Both the position numbers and the translations under genes were made by a program. A stretch of DNA of 63,694 nucleotides, filler included, from Octopus bimaculoides (lineage: Eukaryota), in assembly GCF_001194135.2 (NCBI RefSeq). It is 7 parts of 5 records of this genome, joined end to end, with 100 filler letters (N's around TTAATTAATTAA, not from the genome) between each part and the next. Parts side by side here need not be neighbours in the genome. Positions count along the whole stretch, not along the records: positions 43,640 to 49,950 come from NC_068982.1; positions 50,051 to 62,016 come from NC_068983.1; positions 62,117 to 63,694 come from NW_026406530.1; 4 more parts are not named here. One strand, written 5' to 3'. The notes below the pieces were generated by a model. The model worked only from the letters and a program-made list of their open reading frames with translations. It was not told the origin of the DNA and did no database searches. Shown here piece by piece: positions 49,729 through 63,227 of the stretch. Every line of letters starts with the position of its first letter. The first letter of the stretch is position 1.

Positions 49729-49908
49729 GTATATATATATATACATTCGACGGGCTTCTTTCAGTTTCCATCTACCAAATCCAATCACAAGGCTTTGGTC
49801 CGCCCGAGGCTATAGTAGAAAACATTTGCCGAAGGTGACTCGCAGTGGGACTGAACCCGGAACCATGCAGTTCGTAAGCAAGCTACTTACCACCTAACCA
49901 CTCTTACG

Positions 49909-49912
<4 letters not shown>
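49538..49912 (-). mobile_element. SINE family A with intact head, 3' end lost into microsatellite
   Basis: Minus head AGGCGTAAGAGTGGTTAGGTGGTAAGTAGCTTGCTTACG.., body and internal (TA)n(TG)n. Confidence 0.9.
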
Positions 49913-49950
<38 letters not shown>

Positions 49951-50089
49951 NNNNNNNNNNNNNNNNNNNNNNNNNNNNNNNNNNNNNNNNNNNNTTAATT
50001 AATTAANNNNNNNNNNNNNNNNNNNNNNNNNNNNNNNNNNNNNNNNNNNNATATACATATACATATGTATATATATATACATATATATA

Positions 50090-50127
<38 letters not shown>

Positions 50128-53100
50128 GTGTGTGTGTATGTCAGTGTACATATGTTAGCATGTGTGTGTTCAGTTCAATACATGACTAAATATCGAGAGT
50201 AACATACAGTTATTAATTGTAATACATAACGTATATACATAATTTTTGTGGAAAGTGAAATGAATTATCTTCAGTCTTGTCTTGCCTGAGGTACGTCATA
50301 TTTACGTGCAAACAAAACAAATATAAAAGAAATAATATACAAGTTCATATTATTTTGCACTAGTAAACGTTTGCAATATTTTGTTTACGGTTACGTGTAT
50401 ATCCTAGAAATTTTGAAAATTAAATTTATAATCATAAGAAAAACTTACTGTGTATTCCATAATCACATGGTACCTTTCATAAGATTTCACTAACATTTTC
50501 TACGAATTCTAAATTATCAAAAGTACGAAGTTTTAGTCCAACAAACATGCTGAAAAGAGTGTTATTACACGCATCTTGGAATGCAAGATCTATCCAAAAT
50601 TAATGTTATTGTTAATATTTTTTAACATTCTGAACGTCGTTGCTATCAACGTTGCTATAAAGTATCATACAAGATTTGGGTGCAATCCAATTATATTTCA
50701 TCTCATCGGAGGGATGTTTATAACTCAATGTAGTTTAAAATAACTGGAAACTAAATGAAGGAAGCATACTATAGTAAAGTCTAGGAATACTGATTATTAC
50801 GATTCTTTTATAGCTTGTCATATCGCCTCAGATATTAAAATAGATAATTGACAATTAATATACAGCTTCATATGATTTATTATGTTTGAGCAAATCTTCA
50901 AAATTGAAATTAGGGATGTATGCGATAGTTGTTTATTGACTTTGAATGGTTAACCTACAATTCCACTTTAAATATTCTGAAATATATTTAGAACAAATTC
51001 AACTACTTCACTTACTGCAAACCTTTTAAGGTATAAATTTCTATGTAAATTCATTAGACGTTAAAATATAACTTTATTACATAGATGATAGGAAGAAAGA
51101 AGCAAACACCAACAATAAAACTATATTTCTGGAGGTGATAACGTTTAGGATATAGATCCAGAGAGAATTCATTGATACTTTCTATAATTATTTCAATATT
51201 TGAAGAGGGATTTTAAGGGTAAACTGGCAGCAGTATTATTGCAGACAAAACATGTCTACGAAACTCTGTGGTTTATCGTGAAATTGTCACACTGGAATGT
51301 ATTTGCATTGATATTTGTGCTTAATTGAACCAATCGTTCATAGAATCTGATTCTTCCATATTTTGAAGTTTAATTATCAAGATCGTATTTCTTCAGGTGT
51401 CTGTTTAGCAAACTAAAGACGTAAAATTTTTGTAATAAACTAGAAATTGCAAAGACATTTCTTAAATAATCACAAATATACAAGTCTCTTTAAACTACGC
51501 CCAAATACCATAACCCAGCGGATTCCACGAAATTGACTGCACTTTCTTTGAAAACTGTAACATCATATCTAACTCTTTAGAACTCATACCGCTTGCAAGA
51601 GCACGATCCGACCGTATGTTAAAGTTTATTATGCCTATACAGCGAATACACAACTTTGAAATGTTACTTCTGTGACAGTCGTTGTGAAAATCGAACGTGG
51701 AAGTTTAGAGGCTCAGATATAATTCAACAAATTCTTCATCAATAAAATAAGTTTTGTCAAATGTGCTTAAGGAGCAAATTCGTTTGTGCTATACACATTC
51801 AATTGCTCCTGTTCTTTTTACTTTTTGTTGGGTATTAATTACATATAACGGTTTGTTTCCATACTTAATACATACACTTAATACACTTAAAATATTTAAT
51901 ACATACACTTAATACATATTTACTTTATAAATATATACTTCTTTCATAAGCAAACCAAACATTTCAAAATTTGATAAATACCTAAAAGACTCTACAAAGT
52001 TTAAATATACCTACCATGCTTTACAAAAATTAAATATTGGATTTTGGAATATTTTTACAATGGAAATTGTATTATATTATACGTATACACTCCGCCGTAG
52101 ATGTAAAGCATAAGAGGACCCAATAGTAGATATGTTTTCAATTCATTTTTGCTTTTCCTGTTTGGTCTCTGTTGAATCGATGAAACAATTCAGTCAATTA
52201 ATATACTGTCAGCAGACTGGCTGAGTACATTTTTCTGCTTATAGATATGGTGTTTAGTGTCTGACTTGTAAGATTTTCTCCATTCAGCATTCAAATTTCG
52301 TGACACGACGCAGTTATATGTAGAAGTTGTTGCCCTATAAAATGTTGACCATCGAATATCATATTAAAAATAATATATTACACTTCTTTCATGAAGTTTA
52401 ACACAATATTTGTCGTTATCTCAAAGGTAAAATACTTGAACTACAGGGATATTGAACGTGAAACTTTGCGATTCGAAATTAAATAATGTTATTTATATGG
52501 TTGTTAATAATTTTATTTTAGTCACAGTTACGTAGATTTTAAAATAGATTATTAATACTAAATCTTAAAGCAGCACTAGAAAAGAGAACGCTTCACTTAC
52601 ATTAAAATGGCTAAAAATTAACGAATGGATCTACATTGACAACAGCTGCTGTTCAATTTCATTCGTAATATAATTATATTATAAATGTTTTATTTGGTTT
52701 CTGTGAGGAAATATTTCAATTTATTACAATAATTCTCCAACAAGATTCTTCAATCATCTAAAGTGGGCCTTGTTTTAATGTAATTTACTTGTTTAAACTT
52801 ATATTTCAATTGAAATTGATTAAAAATGTATCTGTGGTGAATTTCGTTCAACGTAATTAAGTGAACATCACTGAAAATATTCCTACACCCAAGCATACGT
52901 AATAATCCATTTGCTGATTGTTATAAACATAACTGTAGAAGTTGAAGATTAAAAAACGATGATTGGCGTGCAGGAGGGAAATACATTTCTATGCTCTATT
53001 CATATTCTTTTAATATTGATAGGATAACATGAAAAAACATGATAGTAAGTGCCGATATCAATGCATTTTTTTTTTACATTATATGAAATTACTTTCAAAT

Positions 53101-53214
53101 CAAATACATCTTTTATCCTTAACAATTTTCGTAACTTATATTGTTGTTTTTTCACCAGTTTCCTTAATTAACATAATTATATTTGCGTGAGTTGATCGAA
53201 TACTGAGGGCTTTC

Positions 53215-53405
53215 AGAAGCGGTGGTACGTAGAACGAAAGGGCTTAGTGTCTTGCCTTCCAGTTTCACGTTTTATGCTCAAATCCCGACGTAGTCAACGG
53301 TATTAATCATTTATTCGGTGTCGATAAATTACGTTCAAATTGAGCACTGGGATCTATGTACTTCTCCAAAGTTTCAGGTTTGTGTCCATAGTAGAAAGAA
53401 TAATT
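53215..53405 (+). mobile_element. Old, diverged SINE family B copy
   Basis: CTCAAATCCCG..GTCAAC..TCATTTATTCGGTGTCGATAAATTACGT..GAGCACTGGGATC..TAGTAGAAAGAATAATT. Confidence 0.55.
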
Positions 53406-53479
53406 GATATTTTATTATATATCAATATTCTAAGTATATCTTTTTATACTATTAGTTTTAAATTTTCACTCGAGTTCCG

Positions 53480-53850
53480 ATTGCTCTAGCATGCTTACCA
53501 CCGGATAGATAAGGTTTAGCTTATGTCTTTTCTGAGTGTGTTTCTTTGTATGCAATATGCACTTCTTTGAACCTAGGTCTATTTTGTTTGAGTAGTGGTT
53601 TTAAGGATTACTTTATTTGTTTTATTTGTTTTCCTGAGCATGTATTTATGTTTTGTTTTGTTAGGTTGATAAGGTATTGTATGTGCCATTCATCTGGTGT
53701 TGTATATGTATGCCATTGTGCTTCATGATGAGTGTATGAAGTACATGCTGTGTGGGTTGATTGTGCAATATATGCTGTGCATGTTTTGTGATTCAACGTA
53801 TGGTGACTTACATAGAAGTGGGAGGTAAAGGAAGATCCCCGTGTCAATAA
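53480..53850 (-). mobile_element. Possible Penelope-like relic
   Basis: HIQYLINLTKQNIN.. linker followed by SAYCIQ, a weak GVYxIP-like motif. Heavily mutated. Confidence 0.3.
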
Positions 53851-55439
53851 TTAACAATATTCTCTGTAGATTTTGATGGACAATGTGTCACGTACCTGTA
53901 TTTTTTACGCAAGCGCATGCTTAAACGTAGGCGAAACCTCACTTAAAGAACGTCGCAGTAAGGTGAAGATAACATCTTGTAGTGTACCAACTAGGCGATC
54001 ACTTACTCACCAAAATTTCAGAAGCCTTAGATAATATTTGTGTATATCATAAAGTTTGTGATAAAATTAGTGGAATATATCAAATTAACTCTCACGGATA
54101 TTTGCATAAGTATCTATGATAAAACTTCTTGTAAATCTTCAGAACTCCTGCATCAAATTTTAGTGTCATGTACATGAGTGTGAATAATGTTTGTTCTTTA
54201 CTGTGTACAGGCGCATTTGTGGGCAATACTACACAGTTAATGAAATAAAACGAAAATTTAAATATAACAAGATGTTCGCTACAGATGGAGATATGCTTAC
54301 ATGTATATTATCACATATATTCTCATATACAACATTTATCTATTCACGCATATTACAAAAATAAAACCCACACTTCCAATAACCTACATAATAAAGATAC
54401 TACTAAAGTCGACAGTAATCGACATACGCGTGTCCACTGTGTATCTTCAGGTGCACATGCGCTTTCCTACATAACTTGAAATGTACTCATAAGCTCTCAT
54501 AGTTGCCCTCGCGCGGACATCTATTCCTACATTTATGTAGGCTCGTTTACAACGTCAGTACTAGATTGGAGGAACCGAGATGCATACAATGCCATGCTAT
54601 CATCTCTCAATACTGCTCCACCGAGATAGAAATGAGTTACAATAGAATATATCACAGTGCAAGAGAAAAAAAACATGGGCGGAATGAAGGACATCATGTT
54701 TGTAGCTGATTGTGTGATAGCTGAATCTGAATGACGTTTGGGAATTAAAGCTTAGATAAAAGTAAAATATTTCTTCGAAGTCGCCATCGTGATTTACCCA
54801 CAGTATCATATCAAAGCAATACTAATCAGTCTACCCTTATTCATCTCGAATATGGAAATCCTAACTGTTAAAATCTAACGTAGATTTTATCCTCAATCTT
54901 TTATAAATATATTTCTAATATATCATTTCACTCAAACCAAAATTATTCAATGCAGAATTATTTGGTTATTAACACATGGTCGAAATAAACTATATCAGAT
55001 TTTTGAATTTTTATTCTGTATATAAGTACGGACAACGTATTTACGGTGCGGAGCTTTTTCTGTTCTACAGGTATGTATTTTGTTCGTGTTTATGTGCATT
55101 GATCTGGATATATTATGATAGAAAAAGGGAATACCGCTTAATCTTGAAATCAATTGGTATGTAATTGAACCGTTTCATGAATGTGTTTTGTTTATTTGCG
55201 GGAGTATGTTGCGTGTTATATTTTTGGTGATATGTTAGGTAGTGTTCAGACATTAGCGTCTCCTAGCATGCAGGGGACTCGTATACGTACGTGTTTGCCC
55301 CTGTTATATATATATATATATATTCTCTGTGAGTTAGAGTTTGAGAAACCAACTAACGGATAGTACCTATCCAATATACTGCGTGGCAATCTTGCAATTG
55401 GTTTACCTTTGATTTATACGGCAGATACGAAAGTGGAGA

Positions 55440-56130
55440 TGATACAAAATGGACAGATATCACCCGGTAAACATTCCAGTATGCATATCTATTCCAATAT
55501 ATTAGAATGTATTAGATGAATGCATACACATTTATTAGCAGTACAGCACATCAAATATAAAGAGTTGGTAATTGCAAGAACAAGGGTTGGGAAGCATATA
55601 ATCCTATAGGAACAGGTGTTTGAATGAGTACATGAGCGAATGAATAGATTTTCAGTTGGTGCTAGTTCGTTACGGCCGTTTCTGCCTAGAGGCAACGAAA
55701 TCTACCAGGTTGTCTCCATCTCTTCAATGTTATGTGGGGATGAGTAGGTAAGACTTGGATATTGAATGTGCCTCTAAGCTTCTTCAGTCGGTCAAAGTTG
55801 TAGGGAGAGATAACACATATAAAAACAGTTAATAATAGCTACATTATGTTTGTCTTTTTAAAAAAGTGTAGGAAAAAAATAGGAATAAGAGCAAAATAAA
55901 CATGAGGATGTGAGTGAAGTACATGTTTGGGTATAGCAAGGGGAAATAAGATGCAGATGGTGGATAAGTGAATAAATTCGTTCTCAGGAGTTTATTCAGG
56001 AAGGATAATTGTAGGCAGTAGTTCACATTATGTTTACATAGGACTTCAGTGGTGGGTTTGAAGGTATGGTGAACATTTACATGTAAAGGAGGTGAAAGTT
56101 TATATGTAAAGTGCGGATGGTATGGCATAA
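55440..56130 (-). mobile_element. Possible Penelope-like relic
   Basis: PYHPHF and LPYNFDRLKKLRGTFNIQV resemble the PLE RT-to-endonuclease linker. Heavily mutated. Confidence 0.3.
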
Positions 56131-57258
56131 GTAGCTTATGATGATGAACCCACCTTGGGAAATTTGGTATATGAGTGCGTAAAAAATATTGTGCGGATTC
56201 ATAAAAAGGGTTAAAAGCAAGTTATTCACAATTTCAAGATGTTTTTACAAACCGCCCGTACTCAAAATTATCTTTGCATTGTTGATTCATATTTGTGAAA
56301 GGTGTGATATAAATGATTATTTTATAGAGACTTATTTCTAATATTTCAGTGTATTCATAGATATTTTACGACATGTCCAAACAATCTAACGATAACATAT
56401 CTCTGTCAAGTTTATATTTTGGCAAATGTGTATTCGAGCAGACAATATTCTTTGTAGCTTGTGTTGGGAAATGCGTTTCACAACGGTATTTATTTAGGAA
56501 GTTTAACTAAAAAGGAAGGGAAATTCTTCGTAAAGAACGTCATTCCAAGGTAGAGGTAACATTTGAAGCCTATCACTTAGGTGATCACTTAGACAGGCAG
56601 AATGTTAGAAGCCTCATGATACTTTATGTATATCATAAAATCGGTGGGAAGATTAGTGGAATATATTAAGTCATCTCTGACACTCACTTCCGTATCAATT
56701 TATGAGAAACCGTCCTGTAAATAAGCCAATGCATCACACTCTTTCCTCTTGCATTACCGTACTCTCAGGTGTTCCAGATATAAAATATAGCACGTATTTT
56801 GATTTCACTAACCTGAAGAAAAACCAAATAGATTTGAATTAACATAAGCTAGATTAATTTTATTTGAAAATCGGTAATTTACCTTGGATAAGTGTGTATC
56901 AAGAAGTGTACAGATAGGCATAAACCAGAAACGCGTATATCGATTAGGTTTTGTGAACATGCTTGTTGCAAGTGCGGATGAGAGTGTAAAAGTGAACGAG
57001 TAAGAGGAACTCTTTGTATGCATATGGATATGAAAATATGGAGAACATTATGCAGCTGTATGCATACATTTAACTGTTTATGATCTTAGGTTTCATTTAT
57101 ATCTTATTTATCTTAATCGTCAGTGGGTATTATCTAATATATCTACTTTAAGACAATTTTATACGTATTGCACGTACTTACATGCAGGAGTGAACTGAAT
57201 GCTGTATATGTCATTTATATATGTGAATGTGTGTGTGGCAGTCAGGGAAAGAAGGTTT

Positions 57259-57286
57259 CAGAAGAAGAAGAAGAAGAAGAAGAAGA

Positions 57287-57332
<46 letters not shown>

Positions 57333-57340
57333 GAGAGGTA
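57259..57340. repeat. (AAG)n(AG)n microsatellite
   Basis: Direct reading. Confidence 0.95.
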
Positions 57341-58599
57341 GAGAATGGGAGAGATATTGGGGGAAAGAGAATTCGGTATGTGTATGAGTGCTTTTTAATT
57401 TGTGCTTAAAATTCCTCCAGCTTCACTACTGGAAACAAGGAAACTATTCCTGTTAATAGTGGTAAATGACATTAACTAATAACGATGGATCTAATGCCTG
57501 ACAGTGTTGACATATACTAAATTTCTGAAGCTACAAAGTTTGTACAAAATGAAGACATTCACATAAAACTTGTAGAATGAAGGATTCAGCGGATATTCCA
57601 AGCTCACCACAGGCACACACAAAGTAACATGTGCACACACTAGCAAACATGTGTACATAATACACACGTACACACACACAAGGCAATATAGATTTGAAAA
57701 AAATGACTAGAGATTATTTTTTGGAAGTTAACTTTCATATATGCAAAGAAATGATTTTAGCTATCAATATCATTTAGATATATGCTTCCGAAAATGAACA
57801 AAATGAAACGATGAATTTACAGATATAAAAGTCATAGAAATCAATTGCAAATTAAAAACAAATATCCAGCGCTGGTGAAGAACCTACAAAACGTTTTATT
57901 GGAAAAGAAAATGAGTAAATACAAGTAGTTAATACAGCTTAGTTAAAGAAAAGGAAAATGTTCTCCGTATGATCGATTTGTATGAAATAATGCATTTAGT
58001 ATCCACAAGAAACTACTCAAGAAATCATCCTACAAATTACAATTTGGAATAGTTCAGGTGTAGGAAGAATATATCAGATAATCTATAATCTTATAAAGCA
58101 ATCACTTAGAAAGTGCGAAAATTTCAAAACCATATCCCGGGGTAAATATCGTCTCAGACAATAATCCAATGCACGTCAAATTACAAGGCAAACGTCAGAA
58201 AAGGAAATGAAAATAAGTACATGAAAACAATAAGACTTGCAATGTCTACCACTGAAGTAGTTGCCTATGAAAGATAAAGTGTAAATGCAAAGAGTATGAA
58301 TAGTAATGCACTGAAGCACATATTAAAAAAGATAAGAAAATAGAATAGAAAATAAGAAAATAGAATATGGATGTATACATCTCTGAAGAATATACTATCT
58401 GAAAGGGAAGGTGTTATACAAGAACGCTTATCAACAAAAATATAACACTTAAATAAATACATCAGTTCTGGGTGTAGAACTGAAAAAGCAAAAGCAAAAA
58501 AATTCAGACCGCTTGATGATGAGGGTCATGTACCTGAAACCGTAAACTGCATAAATCTAAACAGTAATGCAAGAGAAAACAATCTGTTGACATTAAGAT

Positions 58600-60300
58600 A
58601 AGTGTGTTGTATCAAGAAGGTTTAAGTACATTAAAAATCTCCAAGAAGATGTAGACAGGGAGACTCCATCCAATTTCGATGTTGCTTAATGGACAGAAAA
58701 TCTTAAACCAAGAAATAGAAACGAAATAAAATCAATGAAATGCAGAAAGGCAACTGACATCCATGAATTTCTATCTTTATCATTAAAAACAATACATATA
58801 CACGCCTCTGATACATTCCAACTATTGACTATCAAAACCTAGATGACTAGATCATCAGTGCCACATGAAAATTTTAAAAAGAAGCGGAAACCAATGGAAT
58901 ATACCATAAAACATGAAAGGAGAAAGCAAAAAATTCAATAGTAAATTATAGGGTTAACATTAATGACCAAAATAGAAAAAAATACTATTTTTTTATGAAC
59001 AGACCGCATTTAAATAGATTGAAACCTTGCAATAACTATATGACGAGGAGGTCAGATTGCCTATACCAAATTTCGAAGCTGTTAAATAAGAACATAATCA
59101 TAAACGCAGAAATGCAGAAGAGCATAAAATCAATGAAAGACAGGAAGTCACCTGACTGAGATGAAATACCAGCTGAAGAATTAACATTATTGGATAATCA
59201 CTATCTATATCCTATATCCTATATCCAATATCCAATAACAAATTTATAAATTATATAAAGTGAGCAAATCTGACCAGAAATGAAACAATGTGTTTGTTCC
59301 ATTAACGCAGGCATCAAAGTTAAACCTGTAGAATTTAGATCCACAAGCTTTATGAATCATGACTAAACTACGATTAAAAATTGTTCAACAATGAATAGCG
59401 CCTAGAATAAATGTAGAAATAAGTCAACTGGAAAAAGGGTTTTAGACAAGGAATAAGGAATCATGATAGAATATATATTCTGAATCATAGCAAAATAATT
59501 TAGGCATTGAAAAAATGATTACACAAGTTATACCTAAATCGTGGCAAATATCACACGCGAATGCATAAATGTGATGAACTGATAAGTGATCCTTGGATAT
59601 ATTAATAAAATGATTACGGCTTCCACCTGAAAACAAAAATGAACTCGGGAAAAAAGCCGCATTTAGAAATGAAAGAGTACAAAAGTAAGGATTTCAAATT
59701 TAGTGAAGCGTCAGGCAAGGCTCTACACTAAAGCAGAGGCGTCGGTAATATATACCCTAAATAAATATTGTAAAAATCAAGAGACAGGCCAGTAATATTA
59801 AAAAGAACTATGAATAGCAGTTAACGTATAAATATATTGCTGATAGAAGCTTCATAGAAACGTGAACAATAAAGGTCATATGGAATGGAAATGTGAAGAG
59901 ATCAAAATGAATAGCAGTGGCAAGACTGTGACAGATATTAAAAACTAATATATTTAAGAGAAAGCCAAACGAAAAGACATCACAAATAACATTCATTTTT
60001 AGAATATTTGAGGTAAAAATATCGTGACGTGAATAAGAAAACAATTGATGGAATGAGATGGCAAAAAAGAAAAAAGCGAAATTCTCAATTATAATAGTGT
60101 CAAGAAGAATTAATAAAGAAATCAGGAAAATGATATTTAAAATATTATGTATTGTTGATTGCACTGTATGGTGCTGAAACATGAAAATTAACAATATGTT
60201 CTCAAATACGTTAGAAGGCTTTGAAATGAAGGCGCATTGATGGATGTTAAGAATATCATGGAAGGTACACCAATCTAAAGTTTCTCTGCTAAAACAAATA
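58600..60300 (+). mobile_element. Decayed RTE-type LINE fragments
   Basis: RQGDS at ~58650. The clearest part is 60060-60280: IALYGAET*KLT..LEGFEM..WMLRISW, matching RTE LYGAETWTL..LEAFEM..RRMLRISW. Confidence 0.55.
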
Positions 60301-61416
60301 AATCATGCAAAATATTATTACAAACTTTAGTAAAGAGGATTATAAAATATATCGTACAAATTGCAATACATGTATGTATGCGTGTATGTATAAACACATT
60401 ATTATGTGCGTACATGCAAACACACACACACATACACACATATATATATATGCATACATACATTAATGCATACAACCTTATATATATATATATATATNNN
60501 NNNNNNNNNNNNNNNNNNNNNNNNNNNNNNNNNNNNNNNNNNNNNNNNNNNNNNNNNNNNNNNNNNNNNNNNNNNNNNNNNNNNNNNNNNNNNNNNNNNN
60601 NNNNNNNNNNNNNNNNNNNNNNNNNNNNNNNNNNNNNNNNNNNNNNNNNNNNNNNNNNNNNNNNNNNNNNNNNNNNNNNNNNNNNNNNNNNNNNNNNNNN
60701 NNNNNNNNNNNNNNNNNNNNNNNNNNNNNNNNNNNNNNNNNNNNNNNNNNNNNNNNNNNNNNNNNNNNNNNNNNNNNNNNNNNNNNNNNNNNNNNNNNNN
60801 NNNNNNNNNNNNNNNNNNNNNNNNNNNNNNNNNNNNNNNNNNNNNNNNNNNNNNNNNNNNNNNNNNNNNNNNNNNNNNNNNNNNNNNNNNNNNNNNNNNN
60901 NNNNNNNNNNNNNNNNNNNNNNNNNNNNNNNNNNNNNNNNNNNNNNNNNNNNNNNNNNNNNNNNNNNNNNNNNNNNNNNNNNNNNNNNNNNNNNNNNNNN
61001 NNNNNNNNNNNNNNNNNNNNNNNNNNNNNNNNNNNNNNNNNNNNNNNNNNNNNNNNNNNNNNNNNNNNNNNNNNNNNNNNNNNNNNNNNNNNNNNNNNNN
61101 NNNNNNNNNNNNNNNNNNNNNNNNNNNNNNNNNNNNNNNNNNNNNNNNNNNNNNNNNNNNNNNNNNNNNNNNNNNNNNNNNNNNNNNNNNNNNNNNNNNN
61201 NNNNNNNNNNNNNNNNNNNNNNNNNNNNNNNNNNNNNNNNNNNNNNNNNNNNNNNNNNNNNNNNNNNNNNNNNNNNNNNNNNNNNNNNNNNNNNNNNNNN
61301 NNNNNNNNNNNNNNNNNNNNNNNNNNNNNNNNNNNNNNNNNNNNNNNNNNNNNNNNNNNNNNNNNNNNNNNNNNNNNNNNNNNNNNNNNNNNNNNNNNNN
61401 NNNNNNNNNNNNNNNN

Positions 61417-61469
<53 letters not shown>

Positions 61470-61471
<2 letters not shown>

Positions 61472-61942
61472 ATATCATGCTACAAATAATGCGGTTTTTA
61501 TACTTAATTTGTTTTTCAAAATTAAAAACAATAGTTCCTTTTTAAACTGACATATACCCTCCTTGATTTTCAATAATGTTCTTCTATATATCTGGTAGAC
61601 ATGCAAGGCCCCTCTTCCAAAATTCACTTGGCCGTTAGGCAAAATACACCTCCAGTACTGTTCTGATCTCGTTCATCAACAGTTACGATGGAATTTTGTT
61701 TCAGCAAAGTTTGCAGGATATTCTCGTCCACCTCTACATATCTTCTCATAAAGCAAAATATTCCGAATATGGTCCTTTGTCACTTCCATTACAGCTTAGA
61801 AAAATAACTCTTAAAATTGAACTGCGCACTTAAAATTTTGCACCAAGACTGAGTACAAGGTAAAATCACTATCTGCTTTATAGCAAGTTAATGCAGGTAG
61901 TTCATCCCGTCCCCCTCCGAAATACTGTTCATGGGATGGCAT

Positions 61943-61944
<2 letters not shown>
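61470..61944 (-). mobile_element. Non-autonomous deletion derivative of the DD34D mariner family seen at 25690-26136
   Basis: Minus ATG at 61789 gives MEVTKDHIRNILLYE; EVDENILQTLLKQNSIVTVDE is fused to a C-terminal block matching 25935-26060 (GAATTTTGGAAGAGGGGCCTTGCA). TIR-like AAATAATGCGGTTTTT at ~61484-61499 and a degenerate CATCCCAT end at ~61935. Confidence 0.8.
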
Positions 61945-61977
<33 letters not shown>

Positions 61978-62233
61978 ACACACAAACCTATTAATATATG
62001 TGTATATATATGTATANNNNNNNNNNNNNNNNNNNNNNNNNNNNNNNNNNNNNNNNNNNNTTAATTAATTAANNNNNNNNNNNNNNNNNNNNNNNNNNNN
62101 NNNNNNNNNNNNNNNNATATATATATATATACATACATATATATATACATACATATATATATACTTCTGGTTTCGTTGAAGAAAGACGTGTTTTTTCGTT
62201 CTCCTGAAACAACCTAAAAGAGATTGCATAATT

Positions 62234-62595
62234 CGACGATAAAATCTGCTAAAACTGACAAAAACGTAGACCTTGTTATATAAGAATAGTCTACTGTAAT
62301 ATACTAATTTTAAAAAACCTTATATACTACTCTGAAAGTTGAATATATTACATTAAAGTCAGCGACACAAGCAAGTTATCATCGAAAAACCACGTGGTTA
62401 ATTACAAGGGATTGCCTAAATCGACGAAAAATAAATGTGCTAAAACTGACAAAAGGTAGTACTTGTTACTTCATAATGGTCTACCATAATATATTGATTA
62501 AAAGAAAAAAGTAATATATTACACTAAAAGTTTAATATAGTATACTAAAGTCATTGAAACAAGCTAAAGGTATCATCGGTAACCGCGTGGTTACA
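62234..62595. repeat. Diverged tandem duplication, period ~188 bp
   Basis: CGACGA..TGCTAAAACTGACAAAA.GTAG..CTTGTTA..GTCTAC..TAATATA..ATCATCG..AACC.CGTGGTTA recurs at 62234 and 62422. Confidence 0.75.
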
Positions 62596-63227
62596 AGTAA
62601 TTTTTGCAGTCGAATGTAGGAAGCAAAAAAAAAAGAATTGTATTTGAAAGAAAACTTCGTACAAGAACAAGGATTTGGAATTTTACCTCTTACGAATAAG
62701 TATCCTTTTCATTTGTTTATTTTCTTTTAACTTAGGTAACATCTGAGTTAGACTTAATCTTTGTTTACTTTCTGAGAATTCTCACTATAATTTTCATTTA
62801 ACTTTTATTACAGCGACCACTTAGTTTTGATTCTCTTTTTAAAGTAGAAACCATCTTTTTTATTTATTTATTTATTTATTTATTTTTGATTCTCATTCAA
62901 AAAAAATACAAACCATTATGAAACCCCTTTCTTTTCACTATCGTTTCTTTTTTCACTTTATCTCTTTTCAATTATTTGAATCACAAATCCCATTTCGTAT
63001 TACGAATTTTCATTTTTCGTTTTCCTACACATCTTCGTTGCCTGCTCCCGCTCTCTTTTTTCTTCATATCTCCCTCTCTCTTTCCCTATTCCCCCCTCTG
63101 TGTTTCTTCTTTTCTACCTACCGCTCTTTCACTTCCTCTCTATCCTCTACTCCCCTTCTGGGCTTAAAAGACGAAGATAGCACCAAAGTGGGAGAAGAAA
63201 GAATTAAATCTTCTGTTGCGAGCAAGG

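Noticed and set aside
1340-49912. Recurring 30-40-nt conserved blocks as a CRISPR-like array
   Set aside because: They are dispersed SINE copies in both orientations with irregular spacing; there are no cas genes and the context is eukaryotic.
51500-51720. Stop-free frames of ~50-70 codons on both strands
   Set aside because: No convincing splice sites or motifs; the length is within chance expectation.
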